This document shows, in pieces, positions 1-9,939 of a DNA stretch of 50,474 bases. The notes under the pieces were generated by a model. That model was not told where the DNA came from. It saw only the letters and a list, made by a program, of their open reading frames with translations, and made no database searches. Each line of letters begins with the position of its first letter. Position 1 is the first letter of the stretch. Source of the stretch: an uncultured Candidatus Bathyarchaeia archaeon (GTDB lineage: Archaea > Thermoproteota > Bathyarchaeia > Bathyarchaeales > Bathycorpusculaceae); the NCBI GenBank assembly GCA_964640475.1, contig CAZXGX010000001.1, positions 1 to 50,474 on the forward strand, written 5' to 3'. Made by a program: the position numbers and the translations under genes.

Positions 1-2
1 AC

Positions 3-2123
3 GCCCTAAACAAGTACGCAACAAACCTCAACAACCTGGCAAAAACAGGAAAACTAGATCCAGTTATCGGCAGAGACGAAGAAATCCGTCGAGTCCTACA
101 AATCCTATCCAGGAGAACCAAGAACAATCCCATCTTAATCGGTGAGCCGGGAGTTGGCAAAACCGCAATAGCTGAAGGCTTAGCCCACCGCATAGTTAAC
201 GGAGATGTACCAGAAAACCTCAAATCCAAACAAGTTTACTCACTTGACATGGGCGCCTTAATCGCAGGCGCCAAATTCAAAGGCGAATTTGAAGAACGCC
301 TAAAAAGCGTAATTAAAGAAGTCATCTCCTCAGAAGGCGAAATAGTACTTTTCATCGACGAAATCCACACATTGGTAGGTGCAGGCGCATCTGAAGGCGC
401 AATGGATGCAGCAAATATCCTAAAACCAGCTCTGGCAAGAGGAGAACTACGAGCAATCGGCGCAACCACACTTAAGGAATACCAGAAATACTTTGAAAAA
501 GACAAAGCCCTCGAGCGACGCTTTCAGCCAGTCATGATAAACGAGCCAGACACACTTGACGCCATCTCGATTCTCAGGGGCTTAAAAGAACGATACGAAG
601 TATTCCACCACGTCAGAATCAAGGACGAAGCAATAATCGCCGCCGTAGAACTATCCCAAAGATACATCTCAGACCGTTTCCTGCCAGACAAAGCAATCGA
701 TTTAATCGACGAAGCCGCCTCAAAATTAAGACTGGAAATTAATTCTGAACCAGAAGAACTAGAAAAAATTCAACGAAAAATCCGCCAACTAGAAATCGAA
801 CGTGAAGCCATCAAACGAGAAAAAGACGAAACCAAGCTGAAAGCGTTAAACCAGGAAATCGCAAACCTAAGTGAAGAACGAAACAAACTAAAAACAAAAT
901 GGCAAACAGAAAAAGACATCGTGGAACAAATCCAGACCAAAAACAATGAAATTGAACAGTTAAAATTTGAAAGCGAAGATGCAAACCGCAAAGGAGACCT
1001 TGGAAAAGTAGCAGAAATTAGATACGGAAAAATCCCGGAAGCTACAAAAACAATTGAAACTCTAAAACAGAAGCTCTCAGGACTACAGAAAGACGCCCCG
1101 TTGGTTAATGAGGAAGTGGATGCTGAAGAAATTGCTGAAGTAGTCTCTCACTGGACAGGTATACCTGTTAGTCGAATGCTACAGAGTGAAAAAGAAAAAC
1201 TACTAAACATTGAAACCGAACTTCACAAGCGAGTGATCGGACAGGAGGAAGCAATTAAAGCAGTTTCCGACGCAATAAGACGCAGCCGTGCAGGTCTGCA
1301 AGATCCCAAACGACCAATAGGATCCTTCATCTTTCTTGGCACAACTGGAGTTGGAAAAACCGAACTAGCAAAATCACTTGCTGAATTTCTCTTCAACAAT
1401 GAGAACAGTATGGTTAGAATTGACATGTCTGAATACCAGGAAAGACACACCGTATCCAGACTTATAGGTGCACCACCAGGATACGTCGGTTACGAAGAAA
1501 GCGGTCAACTAACAGAAGCAGTAAGAAGAAAACCTTACTCTGTTGTTCTGCTAGATGAAATTGAAAAAGCCCATCCAGACGTCTTCAACATACTACTGCA
1601 AGTCCTCGATGATGGCAGATTAACGGACAACAAAGGTAGAACAGTAGATTTCAAAAACACAATTATAATCATGACCTCAAACATTGGCTCACATATAATT
1701 CAAGAAAACATGGAAAAGGCTAATGATGATAACCGCGAGGAAATCTGGAATCAAACAAAAGAGCAAGTTTTCAGCTTACTTAAGAAAACTATTAAGCCTG
1801 AATTCCTCAATCGCGTTGACGAAATAATAATGTTTCAAGCCTTAACACAGGAAGAAGTCAAAAAAATAGTGGAAAACCAACTTAAAGGTGTGCAGAAGAT
1901 GCTTGAAAAGAACAACATCAAAATCTCAGTCACAAAGAAAGCTGTTGACTACATTGCAGACGTAGGGTTTGATCCTCAGTTTGGTGCAAGACCAATAAAA
2001 CGTGTAATTCAAAAGAATGTACTGAATGAATTGTCAAAGATGATCTTGGCAGAGAAAGTGGATAAAGATGCAACAATCGTTATTGACGAAAAGAATGGCG
2101 AACTAGTATTCAAAAACAAATAA
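3..2123 (+). CDS. clpB: ATP-dependent chaperone ClpB (5'-truncated by window edge)
   Basis: Frame is open from base 3 ([48 protein letters not shown]), so the track ATG at 249 is internal. Two AAA+ modules ([14 protein letters not shown]; [17 protein letters not shown]), coiled-coil middle domain, GAPPGYVGY pore loop, FGARPIKR. Confidence 0.96.
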   Translation, partial: ALNKYATNLNNLAKTGKLDPVIGRDEEIRRVLQILSRRTKNNPILIGEPGVGKTAIAEGLAHRIVNGDVPENLKSKQVYSLDMGALIAGAKFKGEFEERLKSVIKEVISSEGEIVLFIDEIHTLVGAGASEGAMDAANILKPALARGELRAIGATTLKEYQKYFEKDKALERRFQPVMINEPDTLDAISILRGLKERYEVFHHVRIKDEAIIAAVELSQRYISDRFLPDKAIDLIDEAASKLRLEINSEPEELEKIQRKIRQLEIEREAIKREKDETKLKALNQEIANLSEERNKLKTKWQTEKDIVEQIQTKNNEIEQLKFESEDANRKGDLGKVAEIRYGKIPEATKTIETLKQKLSGLQKDAPLVNEEVDAEEIAEVVSHWTGIPVSRMLQSEKEKLLNIETELHKRVIGQEEAIKAVSDAIRRSRAGLQDPKRPIGSFIFLGTTGVGKTELAKSLAEFLFNNENSMVRIDMSEYQERHTVSRLIGAPPGYVGYEESGQLTEAVRRKPYSVVLLDEIEKAHPDVFNILLQVLDDGRLTDNKGRTVDFKNTIIIMTSNIGSHIIQENMEKANDDNREEIWNQTKEQVFSLLKKTIKPEFLNRVDEIIMFQALTQEEVKKIVENQLKGVQKMLEKNNIKISVTKKAVDYIADVGFDPQFGARPIKRVIQKNVLNELSKMILAEKVDKDATIVIDEKNGELVFKNK

Positions 2124-2261
2124 TAGACCAAACAGTTATTCAACTTTTTTTCAAACAAAATTTTTTTATATCTTGGAAGAAAACGAAAGTTGTTGGCGGC
2201 AATACGTTAAATAACTTCAGATTATCGCATATTATAGGGAATGATCTCTCGAGGGCATTGG

Positions 2262-2498
2262 ATGGTAAAAAATGTAATCGACTTGGACGAAAGAGAAAGC
2301 CGAGTAATCAACATAGTCAAGGCAAAATATGGACTTAAAGACAAAAGTCAAGCCTTAAGCATAATAATTAAACGTTATGAAGAATCTGAGCTTGAACCAC
2401 AACTCAGGCCAGAGTTTGTAAAAGAAATAGAAGACACAATTAAAAAAGGTAAATTTGTTAAAGTCAAGAATTTTGCGGAAGAATACGGCTTAAAGTGA
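2262..2498 (+). CDS. DUF2683-family antitoxin (RelB-like)
   Basis: MVKNVIDLDERESRVINIVKAKYGLKDKSQAL...LEPQLRPEFV matches the archaeal DUF2683 pattern; directly upstream of a RelE-like gene; ATG 2262 follows GAGGG. Confidence 0.75.
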   Translation: MVKNVIDLDERESRVINIVKAKYGLKDKSQALSIIIKRYEESELEPQLRPEFVKEIEDTIKKGKFVKVKNFAEEYGLK

Positions 2499-2502
2499 TT
2501 GC

Positions 2503-2763
2503 GTGTATAACCTTGAAATTGAAGAAGAGGTTTCTAAGACTCTCAAAAAGCTTCTCAAGAAAGACAAAGTTCAGTTAGAGGCAATAAATAAGAAAATACA
2601 GCAGATCTTAATGGATCCTTTTCAATTTAAACAATTAAGACATCCTCTAGAGGGACTTAGAAGAGTTCATATCGGTTCATTTGTACTCATTCACAGAATA
2701 ATAGAGAACCCACAAACGATTCAAATTATAAAATATAAACACCATGAAGAAGCATACCGCTAA
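2503..2763 (+). CDS. RelE/ParE-family type II toxin
   Basis: 86 aa basic protein with RelE pattern: Y-x-L start, KQLRHPLEGLRRVHIGSFVL, C-terminal HHEEAY. Confidence 0.85.
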   Translation: MYNLEIEEEVSKTLKKLLKKDKVQLEAINKKIQQILMDPFQFKQLRHPLEGLRRVHIGSFVLIHRIIENPQTIQIIKYKHHEEAYR

Positions 2764-2837
2764 TCAATCCCCCAAACCGCGCCTCTTTTTTTAACTAACA
2801 ACTATATCAGCCATTACTAAGAACGTATTCCTGAAAA

Positions 2838-4217
2838 TTAGGAATTCAAGGGGTGCCCTTTTTTCCATTTTTCATTATCATCCAGACTCTTAGTGTTAAA
2901 CGCTACTATGTTTGAGATGTCGGATTTCCATTGTTCAAGTGAGGAGTGAATCACTCTTCCAATAAATTGACTTCGCAACAACTTAAGCGAAGGAATGCTT
3001 TCAATAGCAAAACGGTACTGAGTGTATTTTGTGCTTTCCAACTGCTCATTTGCAAGGTAAATGGGTTCTCTTCGGAAGTTAATGTCGATTATTGCGCGAT
3101 TGAGGAGTTTAATGAAATCTGCAAGTCTACCAAATAGTTCTTCTTCTGAAGCCTTAGCGCACTCTTTTCGCCCCATAAACCTGAAGAAGTAGGTTGCACC
3201 TGCCCCGTTGGGTCCAGCGGTTTCGTTTGATTCAGATTCTTCTTCATTTGATGGTTGCTCAGGATTTTTTTGCTGTGAGCTATCCTGATTGTTAAACGCT
3301 TCCATAGCAAGGGTATTGCTCAGACGCCCTGAAGAGGGATCACGAAGAGGAAAAAGCATCCAAGTGTATGATCCAGTTAAGTCCCCCATGAGCCCCCGTT
3401 TTAAACCGACATATTCCTGAGCACTTATTGAGGATGAATCAAGAAAGTCATATTCTGCTTTAAAGGCAGCTTCATCAATCTTCTTTGCTAATCTGTGCCA
3501 AAATGTCTTAGAGAGGTCTTCAAGGTCTTTTCTTTTTGCGGCACGTCCATCCTTCATTAGAGAAGCTATCTTTCGAAGGGTAACTGGGTCTGCTTCAGGT
3601 ATCAATTCTTTAATGGTTTCTTGCGATCGAGTCATCATTTTGTTGTAGGCGTCAGAGAGACTCTTTACGAAAGGATCAAAGTTTCCGCCGAGTTGAGAGA
3701 CTTCAATTTCTTGTTGAGACTCATCAATTATGGTGAGTCTGTAGTCTCCCTTGTTTATTTGTGAAATGTAGCAGTATGGTAAACGTATAGGTATTGCCTT
3801 TTGGGGAAGAATCAGCATGGCTGTTTCGTAAAGACGAAGTTCACATTTTCCATTTTGTGTTTGCCCATCTGCTGCGATTGACGTGTATTGTGCTTCAAAG
3901 CCGCTTTGGATTAGGGATTCTTGCATAAGCAAGTACTTTAGTAGCAGTTCATTGCGTGCTTTGAAGAGTTGAAACAGGAAATCTTCATATTTGTACCCTA
4001 AACGGTTTATGGTTAATTTTTCATTTGAAGTGAATGTGATGTCAACTGAGTAGTCATGATCATGGATGCTTGTTATGTCAGCGTATGAAAACAGAAGGGG
4101 CTCACCAAAGACAGGCTCAATAGTAAGATATTTTTCGTCAAGTTTGGTTTTGGTTTCTCCTTCTTGTTTAACGTTTGATTTGTCATCCATTAAAGTAAAG
4201 TAAGCTGGAGCTTCCAA
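2838..4217 (-). CDS. hypothetical protein, probably two N-terminal PH-like beta domains
   Basis: 459 aa ORF with SD-like GGGTGA upstream; internal duplication (EPLLFSYADITSIHDHDYSVDI..LTINRLG vs IPIRLPYCYISQINKGDYRLTI..IEVSQLG). PH fold is inferred. Confidence 0.6.
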   Translation of the reverse strand: MEAPAYFTLMDDKSNVKQEGETKTKLDEKYLTIEPVFGEPLLFSYADITSIHDHDYSVDITFTSNEKLTINRLGYKYEDFLFQLFKARNELLLKYLLMQESLIQSGFEAQYTSIAADGQTQNGKCELRLYETAMLILPQKAIPIRLPYCYISQINKGDYRLTIIDESQQEIEVSQLGGNFDPFVKSLSDAYNKMMTRSQETIKELIPEADPVTLRKIASLMKDGRAAKRKDLEDLSKTFWHRLAKKIDEAAFKAEYDFLDSSSISAQEYVGLKRGLMGDLTGSYTWMLFPLRDPSSGRLSNTLAMEAFNNQDSSQQKNPEQPSNEEESESNETAGPNGAGATYFFRFMGRKECAKASEEELFGRLADFIKLLNRAIIDINFRREPIYLANEQLESTKYTQYRFAIESIPSLKLLRSQFIGRVIHSSLEQWKSDISNIVAFNTKSLDDNEKWKKGHPLNS

Positions 4218-4550
4218 GATAATTCACCCTACTATGTTCTTGCTTTTGGTTGCATATCAAATTTTGCACTCATAAGCATAATGGATTAAGCGAGTCGCCA
4301 TATTTTATATCAGCGTTTGCTTAATAGAGACAGTTCTAGAAAAATTTCTGGTTTTATTTTGATATTAGCAGCCGCTTGCACCGTATTTGATGAAATTGAG
4401 AAAGACCCTATTGCAAACGATATTTTTCTGTAAGTCTTATTTCTCAATCACATGGGAATTGAGGGCTAATACTCTTGACTTACGTTAACAGAAAAGAGTT
4501 TTTGTCCACTTCATTTTTTTATGCCTAACTAGTAAGTAACCGAGATACTC

Positions 4551-6440
4551 TTGACAGTTGATAATCATTCAAGAATTCGTAAACCTGTTAAAAAGAAAAC
4601 AAATGAAGTCTTAGAAGAAAAAATGGTTGCTTATGAATTTGGTGAAGAAGCGACCTCAATAGAGCAAACTAAAGATAGATACTATTGCTCTTTCTCCAAC
4701 CCATATAACATCCATAAGATTTTACAAAAAAACAAGTTCTCGAAATTTAGAGACTTTCAGCTTAATTTGCAGGCTTTGCAGTTTAAGCAGACAGGAAAAA
4801 TTGACAAGCTTATTTCTCTAGATGTTGTGCGGGCAAAACTGGTTCCGTATAATTTTCAAATGCGAACTGCTCTCCAAGTAATTAACGAGATGAATGCTAA
4901 CGCTATTTTGGCTGATGAAGTTGGGCTTGGTAAAACTATCGAAGCAGGTCTTATAATGAAAGAGTTGCTTCTAAGAGATGAAATTAATTCAATTCTAATT
5001 GTTTCACCAAAAAGCTTGCTTTCACAGTGGAAATCTGAGATGATTGAGAAATTCGGCGAGACTTTCGCTATAGCTAACAAACCGGGGGAACGCGCTAATT
5101 TTAAAACGGGAAACAGGATTTTATGTTCTCATAATCTTTTGGCGCGTAAATTTGATGAGATTGCAAGCCGAACATGGGATCTAATCATTGTAGATGAGGC
5201 TCACGCCTTCAGAAATACCCACAGCAAAGGTAGAGCATGTTTAGCGAATCTGCGTAAGAATCATTTCCTGCTACTTACCGCTACACCATTGTGCAATAAG
5301 CTAACCGATTTGTACAGTATTGTTGATTTGATTCAGCCAGGGATTTTGGACAGTGAACGCGCGTTTATTTCTCGTTTCGCTGAAGATGCAAGAAGCCGCG
5401 TAGTTAGGTCAAGCGAAGTGAACGTGTTAAGGCAAAATTTGCAAGATGTAATGTGTCGAACGCGCAGAGAGCAGACGGGTATCCCTTTTACGAAGCGGGT
5501 TGTAGAATCGCGAACGCTTGAACCAAATGAGTATGAACGTGAATTCATTGATGAAGCAACCGAGTACTTGCGGGATATGAGTAAGAATCATTTCAGGACT
5601 ATAGAGGCGTTAATCGCAGAGAATCCTACAAGAAAATTCAGTGAATCACAAAGTAATGCAATACTTGTTTTTCAAGCTGTCACTCTTCAACAGTCCTTCT
5701 CAAGCTCACCTGACGCCTCAATTCAATCACTAAAAAGAAGGCAACAAAGGTTCCCAATGGAGTATGAAGTAACAAATAGACTAATTGAAATGGCAAAAAA
5801 GGTCCAGAGCACAAAAATGGAGCTCCTAAGAAACATTCTACATGAGATGCCAAATGAGCAAGCGTTGATTTTTTGTTTACGAAAAGTTACTGCACATAGA
5901 ATAAAGCAAATGTTGGATGCCGAATTCGGTAAAGCCTCAGTTTACCTGGGCGATATGGATCAGATGGAAAGAGATGCGGTCATTAGGAACTTTAGAGACA
6001 AAGAAACAAAGTATCTTGTTGCCACAGACGCTGCAGCGGAAGGTCTCAACCTTCAGAACTGCTGCTTAATGTTTAATTATGATTTGCATTGGAACCCCAT
6101 GAAAATTGAGCAACGTATAGGTCGAATTCACAGGTTCAATCAGGATAGAGACGTTACGGTCTTCAATCTCAGCGTTAGAGACACCATCGATGATTACGTG
6201 CTGCATATTTTGTATCAAAAAATAGAGTTGTTTACGATGACTATCGGCAAAATGGAAACAGTTCTAGCTGATCTAAAAGAAGGCTCTCAAGACATACAAA
6301 AAACCATCGGTGAAATCCTTCTTAGAAGCAACTCCCGCTTAGATATACAAAAAGAATTGGAAAAACTAGCAAATAATTTGACTGTTTCAAGACAAAATCA
6401 GGAATTAGCCGAACAATTCACTCAGGGGATTCTTGATTGA
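4551..6440 (+). CDS. SNF2/SWI2-family helicase (YqhH/RapA-like)
   Basis: Motifs ILADEVGLGKTIEAG (I), DLIIVDEAH (II), LLLTATP (III), TDAAAEGLNLQ (V), WNPMKIEQRIGRIHR (VI) all intact. Confidence 0.93.
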   Translation: MTVDNHSRIRKPVKKKTNEVLEEKMVAYEFGEEATSIEQTKDRYYCSFSNPYNIHKILQKNKFSKFRDFQLNLQALQFKQTGKIDKLISLDVVRAKLVPYNFQMRTALQVINEMNANAILADEVGLGKTIEAGLIMKELLLRDEINSILIVSPKSLLSQWKSEMIEKFGETFAIANKPGERANFKTGNRILCSHNLLARKFDEIASRTWDLIIVDEAHAFRNTHSKGRACLANLRKNHFLLLTATPLCNKLTDLYSIVDLIQPGILDSERAFISRFAEDARSRVVRSSEVNVLRQNLQDVMCRTRREQTGIPFTKRVVESRTLEPNEYEREFIDEATEYLRDMSKNHFRTIEALIAENPTRKFSESQSNAILVFQAVTLQQSFSSSPDASIQSLKRRQQRFPMEYEVTNRLIEMAKKVQSTKMELLRNILHEMPNEQALIFCLRKVTAHRIKQMLDAEFGKASVYLGDMDQMERDAVIRNFRDKETKYLVATDAAAEGLNLQNCCLMFNYDLHWNPMKIEQRIGRIHRFNQDRDVTVFNLSVRDTIDDYVLHILYQKIELFTMTIGKMETVLADLKEGSQDIQKTIGEILLRSNSRLDIQKELEKLANNLTVSRQNQELAEQFTQGILD

Positions 6441-7807
6441 ACACAAAAAACATTAACAAGAAAACTCAGGAATTTTTTGAAGCGTATGTAGAATCAAAAG
6501 AAGGCAAAATAATTGAACGCTCTGATAATGTCTTTAAGGTAGCATACCCAAACGACGCATGCTCCAAAGAGTACACTTATAAACATGCTATAGCTCGAGA
6601 GAAAAAAATTCCTCTTATTGCCCCTGGAAGTGCATCATTCCAGCAGATTCTAAGGGAATGCTCAGAAAACGGCGTTTTATGCCAAATTTCGCTTGCTCCA
6701 AAAGACGGATTTGAAACACTACTAAAAACATATTTTAAAGATTCACACTTTACTTGCCAAGATTGTCAGAAGGCAACAGTAGATGAAGAAACTTTTAGTA
6801 TCTGCTTAAAACCAGATCCAGGTTATCATCAAATAAACAATGCAAAAATTATCTCAGTAAAAACTATTAAATCTGAGCCTATGCGGTTTTTCAAGTTTTA
6901 TTTTTCAGCAACATTTCAAAATAAATTGAGATCGAAAAATGAAGAGATAATTACAATACTGCTTGACGAAAAAGGCAACAGTGTCAACACGGAAAATGAA
7001 AACCTCACAAGAAATGAAACATTAAAAATTCAAGATACCGCTGGCAAGCTTAAAGACGATGTCTTTAAAAAGCTGAAAAATGTTGCCGACGAAAAAATAT
7101 CAGCCATTCTTAAGGAAAAAGTGGCTCTTTTTGACTTGACAATTAGCAAAGAAAAAAAGGATCGGTTAAGAAACTTCAAGAAACGATTAAAACGGGAACG
7201 TCGTGAACACGTTATTTCTAAAAGGCATAATTTCGATTACTTGAAATGGCAAGCTAATTATGAAGCGCTTTTAAAAAGAGAAGAAGAGTCTTTCATAACC
7301 AATATTTCGGTTAAATTTGTCAACCTGCTCGTAATTAACACACCCAAGGTGCGAGCTGAAATAAGCCTTGATAATAATTCAACTATACAAGCTTCTTTCA
7401 TTTTAGGTATAACAAAGCCTTTGGAAGTAACTTGTCCTTTATGTAAACAATCATTCATCGAGGGGTACGCAACAAAAGATCACTTTTATGTATGTAAAAA
7501 CTGCATCAGGCAATCTATAGATACAGGAAAAATTTACTCAACAAAAGCACAGTTAACTTTGGATGAATCATTGCATGAATACATTGAACGTGACTCAGGA
7601 TTCATCTGCTCAGTCTGTGGGAAAAGGCACAGTAAGCTTCTGGAATTTAAATGCAGTCACGACAATTCAAGCGTATGCATTAATCATTATGAGCTTTGTG
7701 ATGTGTGTGGAAAGGTCTTCTCTAAACTTAACCTTTCATACACCGACGAGTTCAGAAGACAATTATGTCCAAAACATGCCGTTAAAAACAAGTCTAAGGA
7801 GCCATAG
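6437..7807 (+). CDS. multi-zinc-finger protein, possibly YqhG-like N-terminus
   Basis: 4-nt overlap with helicase stop; clusters CQDC, CPLC..CKNC, CSVC..H..CSH..CINH, CDVC..CPKH; central basic coiled coil. Confidence 0.7.
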   Translation: MNTKNINKKTQEFFEAYVESKEGKIIERSDNVFKVAYPNDACSKEYTYKHAIAREKKIPLIAPGSASFQQILRECSENGVLCQISLAPKDGFETLLKTYFKDSHFTCQDCQKATVDEETFSICLKPDPGYHQINNAKIISVKTIKSEPMRFFKFYFSATFQNKLRSKNEEIITILLDEKGNSVNTENENLTRNETLKIQDTAGKLKDDVFKKLKNVADEKISAILKEKVALFDLTISKEKKDRLRNFKKRLKRERREHVISKRHNFDYLKWQANYEALLKREEESFITNISVKFVNLLVINTPKVRAEISLDNNSTIQASFILGITKPLEVTCPLCKQSFIEGYATKDHFYVCKNCIRQSIDTGKIYSTKAQLTLDESLHEYIERDSGFICSVCGKRHSKLLEFKCSHDNSSVCINHYELCDVCGKVFSKLNLSYTDEFRRQLCPKHAVKNKSKEP

Positions 7808-7809
7808 AA

Positions 7810-8739
7810 ATGAGCTCTCAAAAATTCACTGGTATCTTGAAAGAAGTTGTTGAACATTATCCAAATATTGACATTGTAGATTTTCTGCAACAGGAACTTC
7901 GGCTTCCATTATTTAAAGCAGAGGCTTTAGCTGCTCGAATAGAAAAAGAAGTTCTTCAAAAGACTAAGAAAAATATCGAACCTAATGTGAAATTTCTTTT
8001 AGAAAAAACAGTTGATACAAAGCCTTCACTAGAAGCACCTGTCTATTCAGTTGATAGCCTTTCAGAGAAAGAATTTGAGTACTTTATGAAGTGGCTGTTT
8101 GAACAATTAGGATATGAAATCCAGTTGGAAAAGAGCACAAAAGATTCTGGTATAGATTTGGTAGCTACAAAAGGTAACGAAGAAATCCTGATTCAAGCCA
8201 GAAAATATCCTAAAACGCTCACACTCTCAGATGCAATAGTCCTAATTTCACAAGAAGCGAAACTTACACGCGAATGTAGTAAATCGATTGTTGTCTCTAC
8301 AACATATTTTACTCCAAAAGCAATTGCAAATGCACAAAACTTAGGCATTGAACTTTGGGATAGAGACACCCTTACCAAGAAAATTATTGAAGCAAAACAG
8401 AAAGTTAACTTAGAAGAACAAACTTGTTTTCCCAAGTTTAAAGGATCACTTCTTGAGAACCTCTTAAAGTTATCAGAGACAAAACAATTCATTATTGAAT
8501 CCAGAGCAGATAAAAAATACGATTTATTCCTGCCAGGAGTGAAATATCCTTTGCTGACTTTTCAATCAGATTCCTCTAAAGTTACCCAATGTATTTACAG
8601 AATCAAATACAACCAACCTGTTGGAGAAGCTGAGGGAGAAGCATTAATCAGTATTGACGTCAACAACGGCAGAGTTGGACCAGATGAGGAACAAGCTTAC
8701 GCATTAATCAGCCAGTATCTTGAGCAATTTTTAGAGTAA
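7810..8739 (+). CDS. Mrr-like (Mrr_cat) PD-(D/E)xK restriction-endonuclease domain protein
   Basis: LSEKEFEYFMKWLFEQLGY..DSGIDLVA..IQARKY..VVSTTYFTPKAIANA..IELWDRDTL is the Mrr_cat signature; starts 2 nt after previous stop. Confidence 0.85.
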   Translation: MSSQKFTGILKEVVEHYPNIDIVDFLQQELRLPLFKAEALAARIEKEVLQKTKKNIEPNVKFLLEKTVDTKPSLEAPVYSVDSLSEKEFEYFMKWLFEQLGYEIQLEKSTKDSGIDLVATKGNEEILIQARKYPKTLTLSDAIVLISQEAKLTRECSKSIVVSTTYFTPKAIANAQNLGIELWDRDTLTKKIIEAKQKVNLEEQTCFPKFKGSLLENLLKLSETKQFIIESRADKKYDLFLPGVKYPLLTFQSDSSKVTQCIYRIKYNQPVGEAEGEALISIDVNNGRVGPDEEQAYALISQYLEQFLE

Positions 8740-8807
8740 GCAATACACTCCGGAGTGATGATTTAATAAAAATAAGGAAAGCATGTTTTACAATGCTTAA
8801 TTCCTGT

Positions 8808-9383
8808 TCATTCTTGCAGTACACGAAGCTTAGCCTTATACTCCTCTTCTGAGATTTCCCCTTTAACGAATCTCATTTTAAGCTGAGTTAATGGGTCATC
8901 AACTGGTTTAGAATTAGCAGGTGGTTGTTGTCTGAAAACTACTTCTTCAGGCTTGTTGAACTCCCAATCGGTTATGCCAAGAAGATCCCCTTGGCGTTTC
9001 ATTGAAACTGGTTCTACTGCGATAGTGTTATAGGCGATTTCAAGTGCTTCTATGAAGCGGGTTAAGTCATTTCGGTTAACTCTCTCTAAAGAGTAAATGT
9101 TACCGTCCTCCATCTTAAAGGAGACTTCACCCCATACAACTGCGCCTTTATGGGCTTTTATTTGAAGCAGTTTTTGGAAGGGCAATGACTTGAAAACATA
9201 TCTGCCTAAAAATTTCTCATCGAAATAGACCAGCCGATTGCTTGTTAGTATGATATAGTTCGTTTTTTCAGCAACTACGAAGGATTTAAGATAAGTAATG
9301 ACTTCTTCCCCGGAAGACAGATTTTTTTTCACACCATCAGGCAGTTTATCAACTATACTTTTACCAGAAGATTTCTTGCTCAT
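8808..9383 (-). CDS. bacterial-PH domain protein with C-terminal SHOCT domain
   Basis: LSSGEEVI..YIILTSNRLVYF (bPH pattern); C-terminal DPLTQLKMRFVKGEISEEEYKAKL (SHOCT). Confidence 0.8.
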   Translation of the reverse strand: MSKKSSGKSIVDKLPDGVKKNLSSGEEVITYLKSFVVAEKTNYIILTSNRLVYFDEKFLGRYVFKSLPFQKLLQIKAHKGAVVWGEVSFKMEDGNIYSLERVNRNDLTRFIEALEIAYNTIAVEPVSMKRQGDLLGITDWEFNKPEEVVFRQQPPANSKPVDDPLTQLKMRFVKGEISEEEYKAKLRVLQE

Positions 9384-9441
9384 TTTTTCACCATTTTTTT
9401 AATTATTGTTGGTCAGTTACTTTGATTACTCAGAGTTTTTG

Positions 9442-9759
9442 TTAAATACTTTGGAGTCTGTCAGACATTCGAGCTCTGAGCTCATCATACTTTTGTCTAA
9501 TTATACTTCTGGCGTCTATAAGTTCTTCATTGAGTTTGTTCTCAGACTCAACTGACAAGTCTTTGTTTTTTGCCATATCGCGTTCAAGTTTTTCCAAATC
9601 ACTTGCAGCATTCGTCATCATTTCTTCATTTTTTTTCAAAGCTTCAGCTTTCATTTTTTGTGCTTTTCCAAATTGGTCTAGAACCTCGGTAACTCTCTCG
9701 CTTGATTTACGTTTAATTTTATCTATTTTCTCTAAATATTCACTCTCAGAATCACCCAT
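9442..9759 (-). CDS. small coiled-coil hypothetical protein
   Basis: 105 aa, charged and helical; GAGG upstream. Confidence 0.6.
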   Translation of the reverse strand: MGDSESEYLEKIDKIKRKSSERVTEVLDQFGKAQKMKAEALKKNEEMMTNAASDLEKLERDMAKNKDLSVESENKLNEELIDARSIIRQKYDELRARMSDRLQSI

Positions 9760-9939
9760 TGGTTAAACCTCAATTGGTATTAGAAACACCAAGTATATTT
9801 GTTTAATCAATTCCTCTATAGGCCATATGGCGTTTGATGCATTGAATTACCTTAAAAGAGCTTTTAGAATGTATTAAGCAATATTTTTGAGAAGTTTAAA
9901 ATAAAAATAGAAACAGAGTTCTTACTCTGTTGTGGCTCA

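Noticed and set aside
4463-4480. CTTGACT half-site upstream of the SNF2 gene
   Set aside because: The left arm does not match at the correct spacing.
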